Below are positions 10,043-18,626 of a DNA stretch of 64,000 bases, piece by piece. Positions within the stretch are counted from its first letter, which is position 1. The number at the start of each line of letters is the position of its first letter. A model generated the notes under the pieces. That model ran no database searches. It had not been told where the DNA came from and saw nothing but the letters and a program-made list of their open reading frames with translations. This DNA is from Candidatus Sumerlaeia bacterium. Its GTDB lineage: Bacteria; Sumerlaeota; Sumerlaeia; SLMS01; JANRJK01. Both the position numbers and the translations under genes were made by a program. The stretch spans positions 64,001-128,000 of the forward strand of contig JANRJK010000023.1 of NCBI GenBank assembly GCA_033764015.1, in the 5' to 3' direction.

Positions 10043-10401
10043 CCGCACGCGCCCCACCAACCACGACCCCGACCTTCGCGCCGACCAAAAGGGGCTCACA
10101 TTTTCTTACAGGGGGGCGGTGGGAATGCGCGCCAAGGCCCTCGGTAAAAATCTTCACTGCCCCTGAAATCAACGATCTGTAGGCCTTGTAGGGGCTTCCA
10201 GCGCCAGAAGTCTTTTTAATGGACGTAACCATCGTGGAGCTGCATAAACGTGGGCGACGCGGCAACGTGCGAAGTTGCCGCGTCGGGTCATGAAATCGGG
10301 CGTACCCGAGTTAAGACAACGCGAGAGTACGCCGCACCGCCGCGACGGTCAAGGATCACAAACCTCGATCACCTCGATGAAGGAGAAAGGAGGTAGACGA
10401 C

Positions 10402-10566
10402 ATGGGTACCAAAGTGCTGGGCGGGAGCCGGATCGAAGGGCTCGATTTTTTCGAGTTCGTGATCCTGGTGCAGACGCTCGTAGGGATGATAGGTCACGGG
10501 AACGTAACTTGGGAACATCTGTTCTTGCTCTTGATCCTAGCCGACAGGCTGAAGCTTCGCTTCTAA
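10402..10566 (+). CDS. 54-aa hydrophobic small protein (type I toxin-like candidate)
   Basis: Below the ORF-track cutoff. Perfect SD AAAGGAGGT 7 nt before ATG; translates to MGTKVLGGSRIEGLDFFEFVILVQTLVGMIGHGNVTWEHLFLLLILADRLKLRF*. Confidence 0.6.
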   Translation: MGTKVLGGSRIEGLDFFEFVILVQTLVGMIGHGNVTWEHLFLLLILADRLKLRF

Positions 10567-10622
10567 CTGGGATCAAGAATCCACAACAGACCGATGACCC
10601 CCGCGCCGACGGGCGCGGGGGG

Positions 10623-10655
10623 CATCACTTTCCCGAGCCTTACAACGGGCGCCCC
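10623..10655 (+). repeat. Direct repeat copy 2 of the tRNA trailer, continuing into a second terminator hairpin (to ~10678)
   Basis: catcactttcccgagccttacaacgggcgcccc, then tcccgggggcgcccgttccgttt. Confidence 0.9.
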
Positions 10656-10677
10656 TCCCGGGGGCGCCCGTTCCGTT

Positions 10678-11073
10678 TCACGGCGCCTGCACCCGCGTCA
10701 GCCGCCCCCCTTCGAAGAACAGGTACGTGTCCGGCAGCTCGCCGCCCGTCGAGGCGTAGGCGTACACGAACGGGCGCTGGTCGCCGAAGCGGCGCTCGTA
10801 GTCGCGCCGCGCGGACTCGCAGCCGAAGCTGATCTTCACCGGCACGACATCGAGCGGCGAACCGACGGCGGCGACCACCTCGGGCGCGGTCATGCCCTCG
10901 CGCAGCTCCCCCCGCAGCGGCGAAGCCAGCTCCGAACCCCAGCGCCCGCCCTCGTGCGACGGCTTCGGCGGCCCCACCAGGAAGAAATGCGCGGCCATGG
11001 CGGCGACGCCGAGGGCGCTCGCGGCGAGGATCGCGTGGGAGAGTTCGATGGCGGCGCGGCGGTTGCGGTGCAC
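10678..11073 (-). CDS. Small membrane-anchored protein with SmpA/BamE-like motif
   Basis: N-terminal TM helix; LREGMTAPEVVAAVGSP and C-terminal YLFFEGGRLT resemble the SmpA_OmlA fold. Confidence 0.6.
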   Translation of the reverse strand: MHRNRRAAIELSHAILAASALGVAAMAAHFFLVGPPKPSHEGGRWGSELASPLRGELREGMTAPEVVAAVGSPLDVVPVKISFGCESARRDYERRFGDQRPFVYAYASTGGELPDTYLFFEGGRLTRVQAP

Positions 11074-11220
11074 GGCGGCGTTCCTTGGATAGGGCTGCTG
11101 GACCTACCACGGCGGGCGCCGCGCATTCAATGGCCAAGGCGCCCGCGCCCCCGACACCGCTTGACCATGCGCGCGGCGGCGCCGTGCGATGGGTCCTTCC
11201 GAGAACGCCGCGAGGCCGCG

Positions 11221-12165
11221 ATGGAACTGCCCGTCAGCAAGCTGCTCCTCGACCAGGGGGAGGAACTCGACCTGGAAGTGCTCGCCGGCGAGGCGGGCCT
11301 CGAGCGCATGCTGACCAACAAGGACTGGAACCGCCCGGGCCTGGCGCTCGCCGGGTACCTCGAGGTCTTCGCGCACGACCGGGTGCAGGTCTTCGGCAAC
11401 ACCGAGACGAGCTACCTGCACCAGCTCGCGCCGGACGACCGGGCGCGGCGGCTCCGGGCGATCTTCGAATTCCCCATCCCCTGCATCCTGGTCACCAACG
11501 GCAACGAGGCGCCGGAGGAGCTGCTGCGCCTCGCGGACGACTACCGCGTGCCGGTGCTCCGCTCGACCGTTCCGACGGCGCTCCTCTCCAGCATGATGGG
11601 GCTGTACCTCGAACGCGAGTTCGCCCCCACCACCTCGGTCCACGCCGTCTTCGTCGACGTCTTCGGCCTCGGCGTCCTCATCCAGGGCGACAGCGGCATC
11701 GGCAAGAGCGAGATCGCGCTGGAGCTCATCGAGCGCGGCCACCGCCTGATCGCCGACGACGCGGTGATCCTGCGCAAGCTCGGGAAGAACTACCTGGTCG
11801 GCAAGGCGCTCAACGACCTGCAGCACTACATGGAGCTGCGCGGCCTCGGCTTCGTCGACATCGAGCAGCTCTTCGGCTTCGGCTCCGTGCGCGAGGAGAT
11901 GCACGTCTCGCTCGTGGTGAAGCTGGTGCGGCGCAAGGACGGCGAGGACCTCGAGCGCTTCAGCGAGATCCAGCGCGAGGCGGACTTCCTCGGCGTCAAG
12001 GTGCACGAGTACCTGATCCCCGTCGAGCCGGGGCGCGCGACGTCGATCATCGTCGAGGTGGCCGCGCTGCAGCACCGCATCCTGAGCACCGGGCGCGATC
12101 CGCAGCGCGAGCTGAACGAGCAGCTCATCCGGCAGATGACGCGGGCCTCGATCCCCAAGCGATGA
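11221..12165 (+). CDS. hprK: HPr(Ser) kinase/phosphorylase
   Basis: NRPGLALAG, Walker A GDSGIGKSE, RLIADD, ELRGLG and IPVEPGR motifs; start MELPVSK. Confidence 0.95.
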   Translation: MELPVSKLLLDQGEELDLEVLAGEAGLERMLTNKDWNRPGLALAGYLEVFAHDRVQVFGNTETSYLHQLAPDDRARRLRAIFEFPIPCILVTNGNEAPEELLRLADDYRVPVLRSTVPTALLSSMMGLYLEREFAPTTSVHAVFVDVFGLGVLIQGDSGIGKSEIALELIERGHRLIADDAVILRKLGKNYLVGKALNDLQHYMELRGLGFVDIEQLFGFGSVREEMHVSLVVKLVRRKDGEDLERFSEIQREADFLGVKVHEYLIPVEPGRATSIIVEVAALQHRILSTGRDPQRELNEQLIRQMTRASIPKR

Positions 12166-14219
12166 CGCCCCCGCAGGAGGAGGGCGCGGCGCCCCGCGCC
12201 GCGTCCGCCGCAGTACCCCTCCTCGCCGCCGCCGCGGCGCTGCTCTGGTTCGCGGCGTCCTGGCCCTTCGAGATCACCACCTGGGACGACCGCCGCTACA
12301 TCGCGGAGAACCCCTGGATCCGCCAGCTCTCCCCTTCGCGCGCGCTCGAGCTCTTCCGGACCTACTACTTCCTGAACTACCACCCGCTCGCGATGCTCAG
12401 CTACGCGCTGGACTACTGGGCGGCGGGGCTGCGGCCCTGGGCGTACCACCTGCAGAGCGCGGCGTGGCACGCGGGCGCGGTGGCGGCGCTGGGCTTCGCG
12501 CTGCGGCGCCTCGGCGCGCCGGCGGCGGCGCTAGCGCTGCTGCTGCTTTGGTGGGGGCTGCACCCGCTGCGCGTGGAAAGCGTCGTGTGGCTCAGCGGGC
12601 GCAAGGACGTCCTCTGCGCGTGCTTCTTCCTCGCGGCGTTCGCGGCGCGGCTGCGCGCGGCGGACGCGCCGGAGCGCTACCTGCGCAGCGTCTTCCCGCT
12701 CGAGCTGGCGCTGCTGCTGCTCGCGCTCTTCTCGAAGAGCATGGCGGTCACCTACGGCGCCGTGGTGCTGCTGTGGGACGCGCTGACCGCGCCGGGCGAG
12801 CTGCGCCGCCGCGCGCCCGCCTACGCGGCGTTCCTCGCGCTCGGCGCGCTGTTCTCGTGGCTCAACATCCTGGCGCAGGCGGACACCATCGCGCCGGTCG
12901 CGCGCATCGGCTGGGGCGAGCGCATCCTGTCCGCGCTCTACTCGCCGTGGTACTACGCCTCGCGGACGCTGGTGCCATGGGGCCTGTCGCCGCTGCACGC
13001 GCGCGGCTACGCGCCCGAGTGGGGCTCCCTCCGCGCGCTGCTGGCCGTGGCGGGGACGCTCGCGCTGCTGGCGCTGGGCGCGTCGCAGTGGCGCCGCCGG
13101 CCCGAGGTGGCCGCGGGCGTCGGCTGGTACTTCCTGGCGCTCGCGCCCGTCTCCGGCATCATCCCGGTGGGCGGCGCCTTCGTCGCCGACCGCTACTCGT
13201 ACATCCCGACCGCGGGGCTGGCGCTGGCGCTGGCGGCGTTCGCGCGGGAGCTGCGCCCCGGGGCGCGCGCCGCGCTCCTGGCGGCGCTCCTGGCGCCGAG
13301 CCTCGCGCTCCACTCCATGGGCTACATGGCGGCGTTCCGGGACACGCGCGCGCTTTGGGAGCGCACCCTCGCGGTCTATCCCGGCTTCGCCACCGCGCGC
13401 ATCAACCTGCAGCGCCTCGACCCGTCGCGGACCGATCTCGGCGTGGACACCGCGGCGCTGGCGGCGGCGGCCTCCGGCGACACCTCGGGCGTCGCGGACG
13501 AGGCGCTCGCGGAGGCGCTGCTCGCGCGCGGCGAGCGGTCCCGCGCGGTCGCGCTCCTCGAGCGGTCGCCGAACCGCGAGCCCGCGCTCGCCCGGCTGAT
13601 GCAGCTCCGCGCCGAGGACGACATCGTGGTCGCGGCGCAGCACGCCTGGGAGTTGCTGGCGCTTCCCGGCGCGTCCTCGGAGCGGCGGGCCGTGGCGGCG
13701 AACATCCTGCTCCGCGCGGGCGACTGGGACGGCGCGCTGCGCGCGGTCGAGGAGACGCGCGAGCCGTCGCTGGCGCTCGCCAACGTGACGGGTCAGATCG
13801 CGAACATCCTCCTCTCGCGCGGCGAGGCGGAGGCGGCCCGCCCTTGGATCGCCCGCGGGCGCGCCATCGACCCGGCGAACGCGGAGCTGGTCCGCGCGCT
13901 CGGCGTGCTGCACAGCGCCACCGGCGACTTCGCCGCCGGCGTGGCGTCGCACCGCGCGCTGCTGCGGCGGCGCGACCTCGCGCCGGAGGTCCGCGCGCAG
14001 GCGCTCGGGATGCTCGCGTTCCTCCACGAGGCGTCCGGCGGCGTTCCCGCGGCGCTCGAGGCGTACCGCGAGGCGGTGGCCTCCGGCAGCCGCAACCCGG
14101 CGGTGCTTGGGAACTACGCGGCGCTGCTGGAGGCGTCGGGGCGGCGCGCGGAGGCCGCGGCGCTCGCGGCCCGCGCCGCGCGGCTCGAGGAGCTCACCGC
14201 CGCCGCGCCACCACGGTGA
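12162..14219 (+). CDS. TMTC-like GT-C membrane glycosyltransferase with C-terminal TPRs
   Basis: WDD motif after the first TM, HPLRVESVVWLSGRKDVL, FSKSMAV, ADRYSYIP and Ala-rich TPR-like C-terminus; ATGA overlap with hprK. Confidence 0.8.
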   Translation: MTPPQEEGAAPRAASAAVPLLAAAAALLWFAASWPFEITTWDDRRYIAENPWIRQLSPSRALELFRTYYFLNYHPLAMLSYALDYWAAGLRPWAYHLQSAAWHAGAVAALGFALRRLGAPAAALALLLLWWGLHPLRVESVVWLSGRKDVLCACFFLAAFAARLRAADAPERYLRSVFPLELALLLLALFSKSMAVTYGAVVLLWDALTAPGELRRRAPAYAAFLALGALFSWLNILAQADTIAPVARIGWGERILSALYSPWYYASRTLVPWGLSPLHARGYAPEWGSLRALLAVAGTLALLALGASQWRRRPEVAAGVGWYFLALAPVSGIIPVGGAFVADRYSYIPTAGLALALAAFARELRPGARAALLAALLAPSLALHSMGYMAAFRDTRALWERTLAVYPGFATARINLQRLDPSRTDLGVDTAALAAAASGDTSGVADEALAEALLARGERSRAVALLERSPNREPALARLMQLRAEDDIVVAAQHAWELLALPGASSERRAVAANILLRAGDWDGALRAVEETREPSLALANVTGQIANILLSRGEAEAARPWIARGRAIDPANAELVRALGVLHSATGDFAAGVASHRALLRRRDLAPEVRAQALGMLAFLHEASGGVPAALEAYREAVASGSRNPAVLGNYAALLEASGRRAEAAALAARAARLEELTAAAPPR

Positions 14220-15138
14220 TCGCGCCGCCGGCGCCGGCGAGCGATTCGAGCACGCTGAGCGGGAACGCCAGCGCGCCCGCCGCCACCGCCGCCAGCGCGT
14301 GCCCCGGCGTCAGCCAGGACCACGGGCGCTGCCGCTTCAGCACCTCGTAAAGCCCGTCCTGCGGGAAGCCCCACTGGTTCAGCAGGCTCTGCAGCCAGCC
14401 GTAGGGGTTCTGCTCGAAGGACCAGTGGTCGACGGCCACCGTGTCGAAGCCCTCGTCGCGGAGCGCGCGGCGCAGCGTGGCGGCGCTCCAATGCCACAGG
14501 TGCCGCGGCGGGTCGCGGTGGAACCAGTGCCGCCCGGTGGCGCGCGCCTGCCAGCTCCCCGCGTTGGGCAGCGACAGGAAGAGCAGGCCGCCCGGGCGGA
14601 CGACGCGGCGCAGCTCGCGCAGCGTGGCGCCCGCATCGGGGACGTGTTCGAAGACGTGCCACAGCGTGGCGGCGTCGTAGGACTCCTCCGGCAGGTTGAG
14701 CGAGAGCAGGTCGCCGACGTGCACCGTGAGGTCGCCCTTCGGCGCGGCGCGGCGGGCGGATTCCGCGGTGAGCTCCGTGCCTTCCACCTCGAAGCCTGCG
14801 CGCCGCGCGTCGCGCAGGAAGCCGCCATTGCCGCAGCCCACATCGAGCAGCCGCGGCCGCCGCGCGCGCCGTGGAAGGTGCCGGCGCACGAGCCGCGCGC
14901 GCCCGCCCTGGAACCAGCGCACCGCCGCCGCCATCGGCCCGACGAACTTCTTCGCGCCGTCGCCGTAGTAGTCGGTCGCGTAGGCCCGGGCCAGCGTCGC
15001 GCCGTCCGGCGGAGGATCGAGCCGTTCGAGCCCGCAGCGGACGCAGCGGACCACGGTGAACCGGCCCGGGAGGCCGTCGCGGCGGAGGTCGAAGAGCTTG
15101 CGCGCGCGCGACTCGCCGCAGCGGCAGGGGACGCTCAC
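14194..15138 (-). CDS. Class I SAM-dependent methyltransferase with N-terminal Cys motifs
   Basis: CRCG..CVRCG, LLDVGCGNG, WHVFEHV and PPRHL motifs; GTG start overlaps the upstream GT2 stop. Confidence 0.85.
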   Translation of the reverse strand: MSVPCRCGESRARKLFDLRRDGLPGRFTVVRCVRCGLERLDPPPDGATLARAYATDYYGDGAKKFVGPMAAAVRWFQGGRARLVRRHLPRRARRPRLLDVGCGNGGFLRDARRAGFEVEGTELTAESARRAAPKGDLTVHVGDLLSLNLPEESYDAATLWHVFEHVPDAGATLRELRRVVRPGGLLFLSLPNAGSWQARATGRHWFHRDPPRHLWHWSAATLRRALRDEGFDTVAVDHWSFEQNPYGWLQSLLNQWGFPQDGLYEVLKRQRPWSWLTPGHALAAVAAGALAFPLSVLESLAGAGGAITVVARRR

Positions 15139-15923
15139 CGGGAGCGGCGCCGGCGCCGGGGGCCGCGGCGCTCCGCGGGCACGCGCCTCGGGAAGAGCGG
15201 CGCGTGGTACAGGCCCTTGCGCGCGAGGAAGCACTGGCCGCTGACCGCCAGCACGCCGAGCCCGTACACGCAGGAGCGGCGGAAGTTGATGCTCGACGCC
15301 TCCGCGAAGTACCGCGTTGGGCAGCTCATCTCGCCCAGGCGGAAGCCGTAGTAGATCGCCTGCGCCAGCATCTGGTTGTCGAAGATGAAGTCGTCGTCGT
15401 AGCGCTCGATCTCGAGCTTCTCGAGCACCTCGCGGGAGAAGGCCCGGTAGCCGGTGTGGTACTCGGAGAGCTTCTCGCCCGTCAGGAGGTTCTCGGCGAG
15501 CGTGAGGAAGCGGTTGGCGACGAACTTGTACGCCGGCATGCCGCCTTCCAGCGCCCCGGTGCCGAGGATGCGCGAGCCCAGCACGACGTCGTAGTGGCCG
15601 CTCGCCACCATGCCGGCCATGGCGGGGATCAGGCGCGGGGAGTACTGGTAGTCCGGGTGGACCATGACGACGATGTCGGCCCCGCGGCGCAGCGCCTCGG
15701 CGTAGCACGTCTTCTGGTTGCCGCCGTAGCCCTTGTTCCTGCGATGGACGATCGTGGGGATGCCGAGGCGGCGGGCGAGGTCGACCGTTTCGTCGCGGCT
15801 CGCGTCGTCCACCAGGATCATGTCGTCCACAATGGCGCGGTCCACCTCGCGGTGGGTGGTTTCCAGGGTCTTCGCCGCGTTGTAGGCGGGGAACACCACG
15901 ACGATTTTCTTGCCGTTCAGCAT
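15135..15923 (-). CDS. Glycosyltransferase family 2 (polyprenol-phosphate sugar synthase-like)
   Basis: VVFPAYNAA, LVDDASRD, NKGYGGNQK, HPDYQY and GYRAFSREVL; start MLNGKK. Confidence 0.9.
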   Translation of the reverse strand: MLNGKKIVVVFPAYNAAKTLETTHREVDRAIVDDMILVDDASRDETVDLARRLGIPTIVHRRNKGYGGNQKTCYAEALRRGADIVVMVHPDYQYSPRLIPAMAGMVASGHYDVVLGSRILGTGALEGGMPAYKFVANRFLTLAENLLTGEKLSEYHTGYRAFSREVLEKLEIERYDDDFIFDNQMLAQAIYYGFRLGEMSCPTRYFAEASSINFRRSCVYGLGVLAVSGQCFLARKGLYHAPLFPRRVPAERRGPRRRRRSR

Positions 15924-15995
15924 CGCCTTGAGTCTGCCGTTGGATTCGAAGCAAGGTGACCGTGTGATCGACCCGGCCCGCAACGGTAACCGCGC

Positions 15996-18548
15996 ATGAG
16001 CACGGAAGGATCATCGAGTTGGCGGCGCCGGCTGGGGCGCGGGAGCCTGCGGCGTCGCGTGCTGCTGGTGGTGCTCGCGGTCGGCCTGGTGCCGGCGCTC
16101 CTGGTGACGCTCTTCGCCGCCGCGACCTCCTACCGAACCGTCGTCGGGACGGTCCGCGGCCAAGGGATCGACCGTTCGCGCGAGGTTTCGCAGGAGTTCG
16201 ACACGCAGCTCGCGCGCCTGGGCGAGGCGTTGCGCTTCGCGCTGGCGGCGCCGGGCCTCATGCGCGAGCTGCGCAGCCCCGTCGCCGGGCGGCCCGATCT
16301 GGACGAGGCGATGGCGCAGGTGCACGCGCGCCTGGCCGGCACCCTGTTCGAGGACGCCCGCGTCTACTTCGTCGAACGCACCGGCCTCGTCACCGGCTAC
16401 ATGGAGGGGGGCGCCTTCCGCGCGCTCGACGAGTACCCCGCGGAGCTGGCCTCCACCCCCTACGCCGCGCTGCTCGCGGGGGGCCTCGAGTTCGAGGGGC
16501 GCGACACCGTCGCCGTCGAGGGGCGGCCCTTCGCCGGGCGGGCGGGGCTCTGGCTCCTCGGGCGGATTCCCGCGGCGGTCGACACGGAGCAGCGCTTCGC
16601 GGCGGTGCGCGTCCCGGCGGAGGCGATCTTCGCCGCCATCGAGACCGCCGGCGGCTTCGAGCGGCGCCGCTTCACCGTCTTCTCCACCGGCCTCGGCACC
16701 GTCCACGCCTCCGTCGGCGAACCGCCCGCGGAGCAGATCGGCGCCCTCCTCGACCCCTTTCCCAACCCCTCCGGCGCGCTGTCCGACACCGGCCTGCAAG
16801 GCATCGAATTCGCCTACTCGCGCATGGTGCGCCCGCTGGCGCTTTCGCCCCGCGGGGGCGAACCGGTGCTCTGGACCGTGCTCCATCCGGTCGACCTGGG
16901 CGACACCATGGCGAACTTCCAGCGCGAAATCTGGCTCCAGATACTCCTCGGCCTCGGCGCCGCCTTCGGCATCTGGGGCTTCGGCGTCTACGCCGCGAAC
17001 CGCCTGGTCGACCCGATCCTCGAACTCACGAAGGGCGTCGAGCAGATCGCGGGCGGCGAGCTGGACCAGCGCGTCGAACTCGCCACCGGCGACGAGCTGG
17101 AGGAACTCGCGACGTCGGTCAACACGATGGCGATGACGCTGTCGGAAAGCTACGCGCGCCTCGCGGACAAGCTGCTGCAGCTCGACGAGAAGGCGCGCCA
17201 GCTCGCGCTGCTGCGCCGCATCGGCCAGTCCGTCGGACGCTCCCTCGACATGGCGGAGCTCTTCGAGGTCTTCGCGCGCGAGGTGAACGACCTGATCCCG
17301 GTCGAGCTGGTGGCGCTGGCGCTCCCCGAGGGCGACGGCCTTCGCGTGGCGCACGCGGCGCCCGACGACCCCTCCGCGCTCGGCGCCGGCACCCGGCTCT
17401 CCCTGGAGCACTCGCGCGCGGGCGAGGCGCTCGCCGCGGCGCAGCCGGTGGCGCACCTGCTGCGCCGCCCGGGCCAGTACGACGAGGAGGCGGCGCTCGC
17501 CGGCAGCAACTGCATGTCGATCTGCGCCATCCCCCTCTTCACCGCCTCCGGCGTCGAGGGCGTGCTCCTCCTGTCGGACGCCAGCGCGGGCCGCTTCAAC
17601 CGCGGCGAGGTCGAGTTCCTCGCGCAGCTCGCCCAGACGCTCGCGCTCGCCGTCGAGCACAGCCGCCTCTTCACCCGCGTCTCGAACTTCGCCGCGGAAC
17701 TCGAACGCCAGGTCGCCGAGCGCACCCGCGACCTCCGCGAGGCGCAGGACCAGCTCGTGCAGGCGGAGCGCTTCGCCGCCACCGGCAAGATCGCCTCCGA
17801 CCTCGCGCACGAGATCAACAACCCGCTCTCGATCATCAAGAACTACCTCGCCATCGTGCAGCAGCAGATGCGCCTGCAGCGCAACCGCGGCGAAGAGCAG
17901 GAGCTGACGCTCGAGAACATCGAGGTGATCGGCGAGGAGATCGACCGCATCGCGCGCATCGTCGCGCAGCTCCGCCAGCTCGCGAAGCCGCAGATGCAGG
18001 CCGCGCCGCGCGCGGTCCGCGTCAACACCGAGGTGGCCAACCTCGCCGACATCTTCCGCGCGCCCTTCCAGAAGCGCGGCGTCGCGCTCGAGCTCGGCCT
18101 CGACGAGTCGCTCGGCGACGCCCGCATCCTCTCGGACCAGTTCCGCCAGATCGTCCTCAACCTCCTCAACAACGCCGCCGACGCCATCGAGCCCAAGGGG
18201 AAGGGGCGCGTGCTGCTGTCGACGCGGCGCCTCGGCGGCGAGCCGCCCCGCTTCTCCGTCAGCGTCGAGGACGACGGCACCGGCATCCCGGAGGAGATCC
18301 AGCAGCGCATCTTCGACCCGTTCTTCACCACCAAGAAGGAGGGGAAGGGCACGGGCCTCGGGCTCTCCGTGTCGTACAGCCTCGCGCAGCGTCTCGGCGG
18401 GACGCTGCGCTGCCAATCGACGCCAGGGGTCGGCACCGTGATGACGCTCGCGATCCCGCTGGAGTCTCCGGAGGGGGCGCCGGGGGACCCGGAGGAGGAG
18501 GCCGGGGGGGCGCCGCGCCGGTCCGGCGGGAAGACCATTCTTGGCTGA
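15996..18548 (+). CDS. Membrane sensor histidine kinase (periplasmic domain, HAMP, GAF, HisKA, HATPase)
   Basis: Two TM segments, HAMP (DELEELA), H-box LAHEINNPL, N-box NLLNNAADA, DDGTGI, FDPFFTTK and GTGLGL. Confidence 0.93.
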   Translation: MSTEGSSSWRRRLGRGSLRRRVLLVVLAVGLVPALLVTLFAAATSYRTVVGTVRGQGIDRSREVSQEFDTQLARLGEALRFALAAPGLMRELRSPVAGRPDLDEAMAQVHARLAGTLFEDARVYFVERTGLVTGYMEGGAFRALDEYPAELASTPYAALLAGGLEFEGRDTVAVEGRPFAGRAGLWLLGRIPAAVDTEQRFAAVRVPAEAIFAAIETAGGFERRRFTVFSTGLGTVHASVGEPPAEQIGALLDPFPNPSGALSDTGLQGIEFAYSRMVRPLALSPRGGEPVLWTVLHPVDLGDTMANFQREIWLQILLGLGAAFGIWGFGVYAANRLVDPILELTKGVEQIAGGELDQRVELATGDELEELATSVNTMAMTLSESYARLADKLLQLDEKARQLALLRRIGQSVGRSLDMAELFEVFAREVNDLIPVELVALALPEGDGLRVAHAAPDDPSALGAGTRLSLEHSRAGEALAAAQPVAHLLRRPGQYDEEAALAGSNCMSICAIPLFTASGVEGVLLLSDASAGRFNRGEVEFLAQLAQTLALAVEHSRLFTRVSNFAAELERQVAERTRDLREAQDQLVQAERFAATGKIASDLAHEINNPLSIIKNYLAIVQQQMRLQRNRGEEQELTLENIEVIGEEIDRIARIVAQLRQLAKPQMQAAPRAVRVNTEVANLADIFRAPFQKRGVALELGLDESLGDARILSDQFRQIVLNLLNNAADAIEPKGKGRVLLSTRRLGGEPPRFSVSVEDDGTGIPEEIQQRIFDPFFTTKKEGKGTGLGLSVSYSLAQRLGGTLRCQSTPGVGTVMTLAIPLESPEGAPGDPEEEAGGAPRRSGGKTILG

Positions 18549-18626
18549 GCGCCCGCGCATTCCCTTTGCAGAGCGGGCGCCCGGCGGCTTCCATGGGGGT
18601 ACCACAGCCCGAGAGGAGAACACCGC

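Noticed and set aside
9982..10655. CRISPR array interpretation of the 33-bp direct repeat
   Set aside because: Only two copies 641 bp apart and no cas genes; no CRISPR array was seen anywhere in the window.
10275..10832. 185-aa plus-strand ORF across the tRNA islet
   Set aside because: TTG start without SD, low-complexity basic translation, and it runs through a terminator and a convergent gene; the 54-aa ORF with a perfect SD is the better call.
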